The notes under the pieces: generated by a model
The model's database searches: none
The model's input: only the letters and a program-made list of their open reading frames with translations
Told to the model about the DNA's origin: nothing
NCBI GenBank assembly: GCA_000165345.1
Contig: CM000429.1
Coordinates: 224,001-288,000 of the forward strand
Direction: 5' to 3'
DNA: 64,000 bases
Position numbers and translations under genes: made by a program
Part shown: positions 35,907 through 45,661 of the stretch, in pieces
Position numbering within the stretch: position 1 is the first letter of the stretch
Layout: every line of letters begins with the position of its first letter

Positions 35907-37670
35907 TTATAAATGCTGATTGTCAAACATTTCTATTAAATTTGGTAAAGGCTTCTCGAGTTCTTTCTCTAAATAATCAATAATGTTTTCTCTGACTCCT
36001 ACTACAGTAATGGGTGTCGTAATTTCGCAAATTCGACTGTAACATTTTGCAATATTTGTCAAGCCTAAGCTTTCATCTAATCCTTTTTCGGGATTAGTTA
36101 CTACTTCAATATTTGATACTGGTATACTCTTTACGTGCCTATTTTTCAATCTTATATATCTTCCCCATTTATTTTTTTCAAAAATTTGAGAGTCATTTTC
36201 ATTCTGTTTATTATTTGGTTCCAAATTTACTTTAGCTTGATACTTTTTACTTTCATTCCTGAGATCTTCTTCCCATTTATATGGCGGTATATATTTTTTT
36301 TTTGGCTTTTCTTGGACTTTCTCAATATTATTACTAATATTTGGTTCTTTTTTATTTTGTTTTAGTTTCTGTCTAATTTCTCTATCATAGATTGGTCCTT
36401 GTTCACGATTCTCCCAGTCGTATTTGATTCGGCTTTTGGAATTGTTTTTCAACGTACTTGTGCTTTTTGTTGAATCCTTCATTTCATCATCAATTAATTC
36501 AGCACTATCAAATTTATCTGTAATTGGAATCAAATTTGAATAGACCTTACTAGAATCAAAATTAAAAACTATATTCATTGAATCGTTCCATACTTCTTTA
36601 AATATTCTGTTAATTACCTTTGTTCTCTCCTTTTGTATTCTTTCATTATCCAAATTGTTCTCAGCCTCCTCTCTACCAAAAAATACCATTTCTGATTTAT
36701 TTGTACTCTCAATTTCTTTTACTTCCTCTTTACTTTCCTTCTTTATTTTTGAATAATATTCCTTAGGTACTCCCTTTTTTATAAATTTCTCAATATTTGG
36801 TTGAAATGTACATTCTTGGAGAGATTTAAAATATGATTCCACCTTTTCATCCTTGTCATTATTATCCAATAATAAATACTTCTTTATCATTTGCATACAC
36901 TCATCATTCTTTGTAATGGAGTTAATTCCCAACTCATTTCTATACTTTTCAAAAAGTGTCTTACGTAAATTTGGTTGAAAAGTACACTCTGGATCAATTT
37001 CTGTTTTATATATTCCATCTCCTCCATTGTTACTTCTTTCGTTAATCAATTGCCTCCTTTTAAGGTATTCATTAATAGCTTTCTCCATTTGGGGTCCTAC
37101 TTGACTTTTTGTTAATTTTATTAATTTATTTCTTTCCTTATTTTTTTTATCCAAATTATCATTCTTGTCTTCTCCTTTACAATCTTTTGGAATTCCTTTC
37201 TTATCAAATCTTATTGGTATTGGAAACTTTTTACCATTTGGTAGTTTTAAATAAGATTGCATACTTTCAAGAAATGAATCTCTTGTCACAAATAAATGCA
37301 TTTCCTCATCAAAGTCTACCATAATAGGAGTAGTATTATACTTCATCTTAACTAAGTACTCTGTCTTTTCAATATTATCTGGAATTTCATCATCTTCCAA
37401 CTTATATGAATGTTTTATTACATATGGAACAAAATACTGAATTGCCAATATTTGATGTTTTGTCATCTTTTTTTGATTCTCTATTGATGTTGGTTGAAAA
37501 TTCATTAAATCATATACTTCAGATCCATTTGCAATTAAATCATACAATTCTAAAATTGATCTCTTTCTTAGATTCTCTGCAATTTGTCTGCTATTTTCAT
37601 TAATCTCCGGTTGGAAACTGGGAGTGGATTTTTGTTCCATCTCATCATCTTTCAAATTATTATCTTCCAT
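35907..37670 (-). CDS. Hypothetical protein with duplicated ECTFQPN motif
   Basis: 587-aa ORF. DPECTFQPNLRK and LQECTFQPNIEK occur about 60 aa apart. The rest is Lys/Glu-rich. No confident family assignment. Confidence 0.5.
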   Translation of the reverse strand: MEDNNLKDDEMEQKSTPSFQPEINENSRQIAENLRKRSILELYDLIANGSEVYDLMNFQPTSIENQKKMTKHQILAIQYFVPYVIKHSYKLEDDEIPDNIEKTEYLVKMKYNTTPIMVDFDEEMHLFVTRDSFLESMQSYLKLPNGKKFPIPIRFDKKGIPKDCKGEDKNDNLDKKNKERNKLIKLTKSQVGPQMEKAINEYLKRRQLINERSNNGGDGIYKTEIDPECTFQPNLRKTLFEKYRNELGINSITKNDECMQMIKKYLLLDNNDKDEKVESYFKSLQECTFQPNIEKFIKKGVPKEYYSKIKKESKEEVKEIESTNKSEMVFFGREEAENNLDNERIQKERTKVINRIFKEVWNDSMNIVFNFDSSKVYSNLIPITDKFDSAELIDDEMKDSTKSTSTLKNNSKSRIKYDWENREQGPIYDREIRQKLKQNKKEPNISNNIEKVQEKPKKKYIPPYKWEEDLRNESKKYQAKVNLEPNNKQNENDSQIFEKNKWGRYIRLKNRHVKSIPVSNIEVVTNPEKGLDESLGLTNIAKCYSRICEITTPITVVGVRENIIDYLEKELEKPLPNLIEMFDNQHL

Positions 37671-38331
37671 TTTGCTTAATTTATCTGGCTCTACTCCTCG
37701 CCTTCTTTCTACAGAACTTATATTTTAATATTCTTATTCTTACTAAAATAGCTATTTCTATTATACATACAGCTGAATTTGCATGCAAATTGGCGGTCTT
37801 TTTTTTTTTTTTTAAATTTATTATTAGAGAATTGAAGTATTTAATATTGTGGATTTAATTCCATTTTTTTGATTAAAATACAAGCAAAATTATTTAAAGA
37901 TGAGAATAATGAAAATAGCCTACTAATTCATTTTTATTCTCTTTTATTATTGTTACTTTCAAAGTTTTATTTAAATTTACCACATATTCATCATTTTCCC
38001 TATTCCATTTTCACACTCTTTAGACATGTAACATAACACGTGCCCACACATGTCTATATATGATTAATTAAATTTTTCGATACCATCAATTTTACATTTT
38101 CGAAGTATTTTCTGCCTTAAATATACATATATTTTAATGGAATATTATCTTAATATAATTATTTATTAAAATAATTATCTCTATTAGCATACCTTCTTAC
38201 TTAAAAAAAAAATTTCTTAATAAACCAAAAATCATAATTATTCTTTTCATTTCTGTCTTTTTTTATTTAATTATTTTATAAGGATTTTTAATAAAATAAT
38301 TAAATATTTTTTTCCACATTAATTCATAATG

Positions 38332-38394
38332 TTGCATGCATTTAAAAATGCATGCAACTCCCCACACTTGACTATTGATTATTTTGGCGGGCAC
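38332..38394. promoter_or_regulatory. Paired inverted TGCATGCA sites (TTGCATGCATTTAAAAATGCATGCAA, 38332..38357) plus E2F-like TTTTGGCGGGCA (38383..38394) in a bidirectional promoter
   Basis: Direct read. It lies between divergent genes starting at 37670 (-) and 39068 (+). Confidence 0.5.
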
Positions 38395-39067
38395 GCGATA
38401 TAATAGGCAATAATAACAAATAAATAACAGAAAGAAAAAAAAACATCTAAGCTATGATTGAGAATTAGTTACTAGCCCTAAATTTTCTCTATAATAGATC
38501 TATTTATACCATTTAATGTAATTATTAAATAAAATTATTACTTGCAGGCTTCTCTTGCATTTATATAGATTCTAGTCTATTTTCCATTAGTAGTGACTCA
38601 TTAAATCTGTATCTTATTCATTACATTTATACTATTTTAAGAAGTACAAATCCACAACAAATTCAGATTAGAACCAAAAAAAAATATAGGAAATATATGG
38701 GACCTCCTTTCTTCAGAATGGCCATATTAAAATGTGCCATCCAGAATAACATGCTGAACCCCAAACTTGAGATTAAAAAAAACACACACACAAAACTTAA
38801 ACAAAAAGTTATTATACAAAACAATACAATACATTAATACAAATAAAAACTAATTTATTTAGTGGGGGAGGTTGCATAAATAACAATAATATAGTATAAA
38901 TTTAAAACCATAATATATATTTAATATTTATTTACTTAAATGGGCGGGAACTCTAATTAATTTACATGATGGATATTCCTCTTATTTCAATGAAAATTGT
39001 TTAAGAATACGAATAATTAAATGAACTTTCTCTTTTAATATATGGGACTGAGAAATAATTAAAGAAG

Positions 39068-39505
39068 ATGACATTTTCAATTATTCCTTTTCCAAAAATA
39101 ATAAGCTTTATGCTCCAGTACCTTTATCCATTAGTAGGAACTGCAAATGTAACGTTTGATTTTGGTAAAAAAGATATCCCAGTTTTTGAGCTGACTAATC
39201 TCTTATTCTATTGGATTATTTGTGGGGTAATCTTTATGATTGAGAGCATTGTTGGAATAGTTACTAAAATACCATTCTATTACGATTTGAAAATTATGGT
39301 ACTCCTGTGGCTCATCCTTCCTGTGTTCTCTGGATCTGGGTATATCTATTATATGTATATCCATGAATTGATTAACAATGGCTTAGAAAGTCACTTTTCT
39401 AAAGTTTCCCATAAATTAAAAGCTTTTAAATCTAGTTTGTTGGAATTCTCCAATAGTCCTAAGGCTAGAAAGTCTTACAAAAATAGAAAATACTTCAAAA
39501 GATGA
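39068..39505 (+). CDS. Yop1/DP1/HVA22/REEP-family ER-shaping membrane protein
   Basis: LYPLVGTA...LFYWIICGVIFMIESIV...IPFYYDLKIMVLLWLILPVFSGSGYIY matches the hallmark pattern YPAY..A...WL.YW...E...PFYY.LK..FL.WL.LP...GA..IY. Confidence 0.7.
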   Translation: MTFSIIPFPKIISFMLQYLYPLVGTANVTFDFGKKDIPVFELTNLLFYWIICGVIFMIESIVGIVTKIPFYYDLKIMVLLWLILPVFSGSGYIYYMYIHELINNGLESHFSKVSHKLKAFKSSLLEFSNSPKARKSYKNRKYFKR

Positions 39506-39518
39506 TACATCGGAAATC

Positions 39519-42500
39519 TTAAAGGCTTCTGTTAATTATAGATGAGGATACCCACCTGAGTTTAAGTTTTAGAGATGGGTCATTAAAATTTAGTACAAAT
39601 TCTAACGATAAGTTTTTAAAGTCTTTCAACAGTTGAGTTATATACTCTTCTTGAGTTGATTCAAGTTCTGATCTAGGAGTAACTTCTGTTCCAGTTAGAA
39701 CTGATCCAAATCTCAGAAAAATCTCAACTGTTGAATCCTCCATAAACTTTTGAATCTTTTCGTCCACTTGTCTATAGCTACATGTCTTTGAGCCAGTTTT
39801 GAATATATAAATTAAAGCTAAAACACACTTTTTCAAACCATTATTGCTTAATTCACCTGATTGATGTTCCCTATCATTCATCTCTGATTCTTTTGAATCT
39901 TCTGGTACTGGATCTTCAGAGACTGACTCTCGAGCCTTCATTCCCTCAAGAATCTCAAGAATAAGCTCAAATAAATCTAAAAATATCTGGTACCTACTCA
40001 TATTTAAAGAAATATCCAAACATACTGGAGACTGGATACAAGTTAAAATACATGCCAAGCTAATAGATGCTAGACCAGGATTTATTATTCCTTCTCCTAT
40101 GGCAACTGTTATCAAATTCTTAAGCTTTTGAAAGTTGAATCCCAAACAAATACCAGAATTCTCGTCTAAAAGTCCTCCCCAAATTGTCAAAATAATAGAC
40201 AAAAGTCTAATTTCCGTCTTGATATTGGGATTATTAATTATGTTGAAGTTTTTTTCAATAGATGAACTATCATCATCATTGGAAATGAGCTGTTCAACCG
40301 AGCTCCTAAACAAGTCATAATTTAATATACCATTTGATATTTGGCTGACTTGGTCTGAAAAGTAGTGTTGACCAAAATCTATGGTTGTAATATTGAAATC
40401 ACTTTCACTTGATTCTGTAAGATTATTCTTCTCGTCTTCATACCATTCCAAAATGGATGTTTTATAATTAGCGAAAAGACGCCTAATATGGCTCGGACTC
40501 TTGCTTCCCTGATCTACAATGGATATGAATAACAGGTCAAATAAGCTATCTTTTGTCCAAGTAAACTGGTCTTGTGGATGAGTGCTATTCATTCGTCTTT
40601 TTTTTGAACTTTTAAATGTATCTTTAAGAGAACTTTTATCTTGATCTTCATGATTATGGCTGATATCTTCGTCTTTTGACTCTTCTTTGTGGAATTGTCT
40701 TTCCTCATACCGTTTCGATACCTGCAGATCTTCATCAAGATCATCTTTATTTTCCTCCTGATCATTTAGTTTACCAAGCTTAGATTTAAGAAAATGCTTG
40801 ATTTGGCTATTCTTTTCCGTAATTTCATCCTTTGTAGTGAATTTAAAGACCAAAATCTCCTTTAGATAGTTGAGTTCTTTAAGCTTGAGGAAATTTGTGG
40901 GCAAGATAACTTTGGATGATTCTTTTCTTAGAAATGGGAACTTGTTAATTCTGAGACTTAAATTTTCATTTGGAATAGATAAAAGCATTTGAGGGAGCAT
41001 TATCCTAGACATTCCTGTTAGTATAGAATCCAAAAGACCGTTTAGAAACTGATCATGGATTTCAGTCTTGAATAGAAACTCGGTTTTATTGTTATTCCAG
41101 AAGGATTCTTTCAAAAAAGCACTTTGAAAAATGTCATTACTGGACAAAACACATATAATGTGTTTCTTAAGCCTAAATAACATTCCCATAGAAAAAGTTC
41201 TAATATGGGGGAATATCAGATGGTTAATCATCTCTCCAATCATAGGATTATTGGAATCTTCAATTGTACAATTTTGTTTTTGGGATTCATTTCCTGGTTC
41301 AAGTTCAGAATCAACCATTTCTCGAGATCTTGGAGAGTTCTCATTAATTAAATCCTTACAAGGCTGCATATTAAGTATAAATATGGGGGTCCAAATGGTA
41401 ACAAAAAATGAGCTTTGAAGCTTAACCAAGTTAATTACAAGACTATTAATAAAACTGATATGACATACATAGAAAGGATTAAGTAAATAGTTCCAAATTG
41501 TAATGGATAAACATAAATCATAAGAAGAAGAAGTGACCGGTAACTTTAATAATTGTCTTGCCGTCTCATAAGGTGATTGTACAAAGATTTCGTTAATACT
41601 GTCCATAGTTCTAAGGAGTATAAATTCTCCGATCTCTAATGTGTTGATTGAAGGAAATCTGACTAATTGCTTTGATAAATATTCATTGATTTCTCCAAGT
41701 TCTAGATTACTTAAAGCTTCTTCAAAGTTAAAGTCTTTTGGAGGGGAAAGGATTTCAGAAAGATAGTCAGAAATAGAGGATGATCTATAGAATCTTAATA
41801 TGGTCATAATTCTTGGAGATTGTTGTTCTCTCCAGCGAAGAAAACTATTCCAGTATTTGATGAAAGGATTCTCAAGAGATTGAATTTCTTTTAAATCTTT
41901 TCCAACAAGATTTAACAATACCTTTTGTGTCTCATTACAATATTCAACTATATATGTATCGTAGAACAATGTAACATCTTTAAGAATCTCATGATAAAGA
42001 GCTTGATTCTGGTTTTCTGATTCTGAATTCCTCATTTCTTCTCTAATTAAAGGTAAAGCATATGCAATTAAAGTAAATAGTATGAAAGAATGATGATCGG
42101 AAACAAGATACTTTTGGGAAGAATTAGATCTTGATTTTTTCAGAGACAAAGATGTATTGAGAATAACTCTATATATAGAGACAAGCTGGCTCAAGTCAAT
42201 TATGTAGAAATTGGCCATTTCAGTGAAGAAATTTAAAATGAGTTGACAAGAGTAGTAGTTTGACTTACTGAGGTCAGAAGTAAACCTCTTAATTGAGAGC
42301 TCAAGAATCCTAGTAGTTAAGTTTGAGTGAGTTGATAATGGAGAGTCATTAGTTAAAGATGTTGAGAATAGAGCAGTAACTCCTGCAAAAATACCAGTTT
42401 TAAAAGGCTGTGTAGCAATAAACTCCACAAGAATACGAGTAATAGACTCATATACTAAGTCTGCCTCAACTTGAGACAACCCCTGAAATAAGCTGAGAAA

Positions 42501-42698
42501 CTCTTTAACTATCTGGATCATTCTTTCTCCAACTCCCTCATAAGACTCAGTATTTTTGATTAATATACTTTTGATCTTGTCTTCAACAGAATTGCCGGAT
42601 GAATTTCCTTTATAGGACTGCCTCCTTGCATATTGGTCCAGACCAGTTATCTCCTTTGATTCGTGTCTATTTTGTGCTTCAAACATCTTTGTGAACAC
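39519..42698 (-). CDS. Large alpha-helical protein, possibly nuclear cap-binding protein subunit 1 (CBP80/NCBP1, MIF4G-like)
   Basis: 1059 aa. The N-terminal region (GLSQVEADLVYESITRIL...NYYSCQLILNFFTEMANFYIIDLSQLVSIYRV) resembles the first MIF4G repeat of CBP80. The rest is helical repeats. The assignment is tentative. Confidence 0.4.
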   Translation of the reverse strand: MFTKMFEAQNRHESKEITGLDQYARRQSYKGNSSGNSVEDKIKSILIKNTESYEGVGERMIQIVKEFLSLFQGLSQVEADLVYESITRILVEFIATQPFKTGIFAGVTALFSTSLTNDSPLSTHSNLTTRILELSIKRFTSDLSKSNYYSCQLILNFFTEMANFYIIDLSQLVSIYRVILNTSLSLKKSRSNSSQKYLVSDHHSFILFTLIAYALPLIREEMRNSESENQNQALYHEILKDVTLFYDTYIVEYCNETQKVLLNLVGKDLKEIQSLENPFIKYWNSFLRWREQQSPRIMTILRFYRSSSISDYLSEILSPPKDFNFEEALSNLELGEINEYLSKQLVRFPSINTLEIGEFILLRTMDSINEIFVQSPYETARQLLKLPVTSSSYDLCLSITIWNYLLNPFYVCHISFINSLVINLVKLQSSFFVTIWTPIFILNMQPCKDLINENSPRSREMVDSELEPGNESQKQNCTIEDSNNPMIGEMINHLIFPHIRTFSMGMLFRLKKHIICVLSSNDIFQSAFLKESFWNNNKTEFLFKTEIHDQFLNGLLDSILTGMSRIMLPQMLLSIPNENLSLRINKFPFLRKESSKVILPTNFLKLKELNYLKEILVFKFTTKDEITEKNSQIKHFLKSKLGKLNDQEENKDDLDEDLQVSKRYEERQFHKEESKDEDISHNHEDQDKSSLKDTFKSSKKRRMNSTHPQDQFTWTKDSLFDLLFISIVDQGSKSPSHIRRLFANYKTSILEWYEDEKNNLTESSESDFNITTIDFGQHYFSDQVSQISNGILNYDLFRSSVEQLISNDDDSSSIEKNFNIINNPNIKTEIRLLSIILTIWGGLLDENSGICLGFNFQKLKNLITVAIGEGIINPGLASISLACILTCIQSPVCLDISLNMSRYQIFLDLFELILEILEGMKARESVSEDPVPEDSKESEMNDREHQSGELSNNGLKKCVLALIYIFKTGSKTCSYRQVDEKIQKFMEDSTVEIFLRFGSVLTGTEVTPRSELESTQEEYITQLLKDFKNLSLEFVLNFNDPSLKLKLRWVSSSIINRSL

Positions 42699-42738
42699 GA
42701 TTTTATTTTAACTTCCAATTCAGATGCCATTTGAAACA

Positions 42739-42798
42739 TTTGGCGCCTTTCTTGAATTGGCAATTAATATTACTTATATAATTGAATTTTAGGCGGGA
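42739..42798. promoter_or_regulatory. Two E2F-like sites, TTTGGCGCC (42739..42747) and TTTTAGGCGGGAG (42786..42798), immediately upstream of the start at 42698 (minus strand)
   Basis: Direct read. They are 41-100 bp upstream of the start codon. Confidence 0.45.
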
Positions 42799-43264
42799 GC
42801 TTCGATCATAATAAAAGAGCATGTAAGGATAGTAACAGGAAATTATTGATTTTGTTAGGTTTTAAAGAATTTCAGAATGCTTATGTAGGCGGATAATCGG
42901 TATTTAGTTTTTTTTGAAAGTTAAAACTCAAAAGTCGATTATTTTAACATAAGAAATTATTGTTAAGCCTGTAAGTATTTTTTTTGGGAGAGATTATAAG
43001 ACTAAAAGAGCGTCGTATAGATGAGATTAAAAGATATTATTTAGCTTGTAATGAGATAAATTAATTTACAGTATCTTGTTTATAATTTTCAAAAGCTTTA
43101 TCTTTTAATATTCCGACTTTTTTAACTTTAATAAAAATATTGACTTTAAATCAAAAGGCGGGTATTCCAACCTGTACTAAATATATATTTAGATAGAGAA
43201 AAAATCAAGAAAAAAAAGTATTGAAAAAGAAAGTCAAATAAATAAAGAAATTAATGAGTTCCAA

Positions 43265-43534
43265 ATGACTAAAATAACTAGAGAAGAACGGGAGAGAAGA
43301 GAGAAAGTGAATAGAGAAATTACAAGGCTTGCTCAACAGGAGAAATGGCTGGAATCATTTAGACCTAAGAGAGAAGAGAAAAACCGAGTAAAGGTTCAAA
43401 TCAAGAAAAAAGCTATCAAGATAGTAAAAGAAAAGGTTTCAAAAAAGAAAAAGAAGCTAAATCCAAAACTCCTTCAGGAACTTAATAACGAGATTCAAAG
43501 AACAATGACTTTATATAAAAATAAGGCTAAATAA
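43265..43534 (+). CDS. Small Lys/Glu/Arg-rich coiled-coil protein (hypothetical)
   Basis: 89-aa ORF preceded by an E2F-like site AAAGGCGGGTA at 43154..43164. Highly charged. Could be a genuine small nucleolar or ribosome-associated protein. Confidence 0.4.
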   Translation: MTKITREERERREKVNREITRLAQQEKWLESFRPKREEKNRVKVQIKKKAIKIVKEKVSKKKKKLNPKLLQELNNEIQRTMTLYKNKAK

Positions 43535-43614
43535 ATTGACATTTGATAGATTAACAGCATAAATAGACATGTAAATAATTAATTAAAACTTTTAAACAAA
43601 ACAATATATTTTGC

Positions 43615-44106
43615 CTATCTTTGAAATTTATCTGAATATTTTCTCTTTTTGTATTCCTTTTGGTAGTCTTGAACAAGAGCATTTGCCGATTCATTTCGTC
43701 TTGTCATTTCGTCAAATCTTTTATTTTTGTCAGAATCAATTTCTCTATCTTTCCATTTAGATCTCTTTAGAGTAATTGGTCTGCTTCCCACATATTTCCT
43801 ATTCATTTCCTTCATTGCATTCAACATATCATTTGGGTTAGTGAATGAAACAAATCCATAGCCTCTACTCTTTCCTGTATGTTTATTTCTAATTACTTTA
43901 CATTTTTCAAAAGAAGCATACTTTTTGAAGGCATTTGCTAATATCTCCTCAGTAACATCATTTCCTAAATCTCCACAAAATAGCCTGAAGTCATTTTCTG
44001 GCCATTCATCCAAAGTATTGTCCACCCAAACTTGGCCTGCTGCCTTTCTAAAACGCTTCTTTGAATGACTATCTAGTATTGATTTATCTTCCTTCTCTAT
44101 ATTCAT
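43615..44106 (-). CDS. RBM42: RBM42-like single-RRM RNA-binding protein
   Basis: DFRLFCGDLGNDVTEEILANAFKKYASFEKCKVIRNKHTGKSRGYGFVSFTNPNDMLNAMKEMNRKYVGSRPITLKRSKWKDR aligns almost position-for-position with the RBM42 RRM. Confidence 0.8.
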   Translation of the reverse strand: MNIEKEDKSILDSHSKKRFRKAAGQVWVDNTLDEWPENDFRLFCGDLGNDVTEEILANAFKKYASFEKCKVIRNKHTGKSRGYGFVSFTNPNDMLNAMKEMNRKYVGSRPITLKRSKWKDREIDSDKNKRFDEMTRRNESANALVQDYQKEYKKRKYSDKFQR

Positions 44107-44198
44107 TTCTTAGAATAATCAAACTAAACCAAAAACTCCATTATTCTACCATTTAATGCCTTTCTCCTTTTACTAAATTCTCTAACTTTTTATCTATA

Positions 44199-44289
<91 letters not shown>

Positions 44290-44505
44290 ATATTAACATG
44301 TAAGTTTAATTAGAATAAACGCGAGTTAATATTGGGGATATTTACAAAGGTGAAACGAAATTTATTAAAAAAATGCAACAGGGAAATTACTGGGACTTTT
44401 GTAAGGACACAGAGTAAGTTTCTATTTGTAGAAATTCATGTTGTGAGTTGAAGTTCATTATCTACTTATAGGGGTAAATTTTTTATTGAAAGTGGTAAAA
44501 ACCAT

Positions 44506-45314
44506 TTGCTCTCTGCAGTATCTACAATACACGATTATGAGAGTCCCCAAACTGCTATAATTTGTCATGGTTTATTTTCAAGTAAAGAAAATCGTCTCTG
44601 TCAGACTATTGCAAAACATCTCAGTATTAATGTTGTTCGTTTTGATTTTCATGGTAATGGAGAGTCTCAAGGAGCAGACTCTTGGAGCTTTGGGGATTAT
44701 CATGGGGAAGTTAATGATGACCTAAGAAAAGTGGTTGAATTTTTAAGAAATAAAGGTCTTGAAATAAAGGCTATTATTGGCCATTCTAGAGGTGGAGTTG
44801 AGACTTTAATGTATTCATGGATGTATGATGATGTTGACATTATTATTAGTATCTCAGCTAGATTTGACTTAGCTAATTCAATTATAACTAGATTTATATC
44901 GGATGAACAGTATGAAAAATTAAAGAATAATGAGCTTGAATCTGTTGAAATTATTCCAAGAGATAATATTCCAAGAAAGATTACTCTTGAATGTATAAAT
45001 AAAAGAAATTTGGTGGATTATAATATGCTTAAAACAGTAAAGAACACAAAGTATTTCCTACTAATACATGGCACAAAAGATGATATTGTCCCAGTACAAG
45101 TAAGTTCTATTTAAGACTTAACTTAAACTAAGTAATTTGACATTATTTTTAGGATTCTAGTGAAATTGCAAGATTTATTCCTCCACAAATTCCTCATGAA
45201 ATTGTTTTAATTGAAGATGGTTCTCACTCACTCACAGAGAATAGTGAAATTAGATCCCTAGTGAATCATCATATAAATCGAGTTATTAGTTCTCTATTAA
45301 ATAAAAAGACTTAG
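44506..45314 (+). CDS. Alpha/beta-hydrolase fold protein (serine hydrolase) encoded by two exons (44506..45099 and 45153..45314) across a 53-nt intron
   Basis: HG oxyanion-hole motif (ICHGLFS). Nucleophile elbow GHSRGG. GTAAGT is at 45100 and the acceptor TTTTTAG ends at 45152, in phase 0. Exon 2 encodes ...IEDGSHSLTEN... which holds the putative catalytic His. The ORF track shows only exon 1. Confidence 0.65.
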
Positions 45315-45661
45315 AAAGTAGATTAAAAACATTAATAGTACTTTAAGCTGAAATATGATAATTAATATACTAATAATAAATTTTAATTTAGAGGCCATTT
45401 TTTAAGCCTGCCATATTATATGGCGTGCAATACGTATATCTAAGAATATGTCTATCACCCACAAAGTAAATTATGACAATAACTAAAAATTCTATTAATC
45501 ATAAATTAGTATTAAAATAGATGAGTAGTGGGACTTATCATGTAATTAGTGAGGCCAAAAACATTTGAGATTCAGTTAGATTTCTGCAATGTATTGATTT
45601 TCAAATGAAATAAAAGGGTGATGACAATTATAAACGTTATAATTTAGTAATACAGGAAAAC

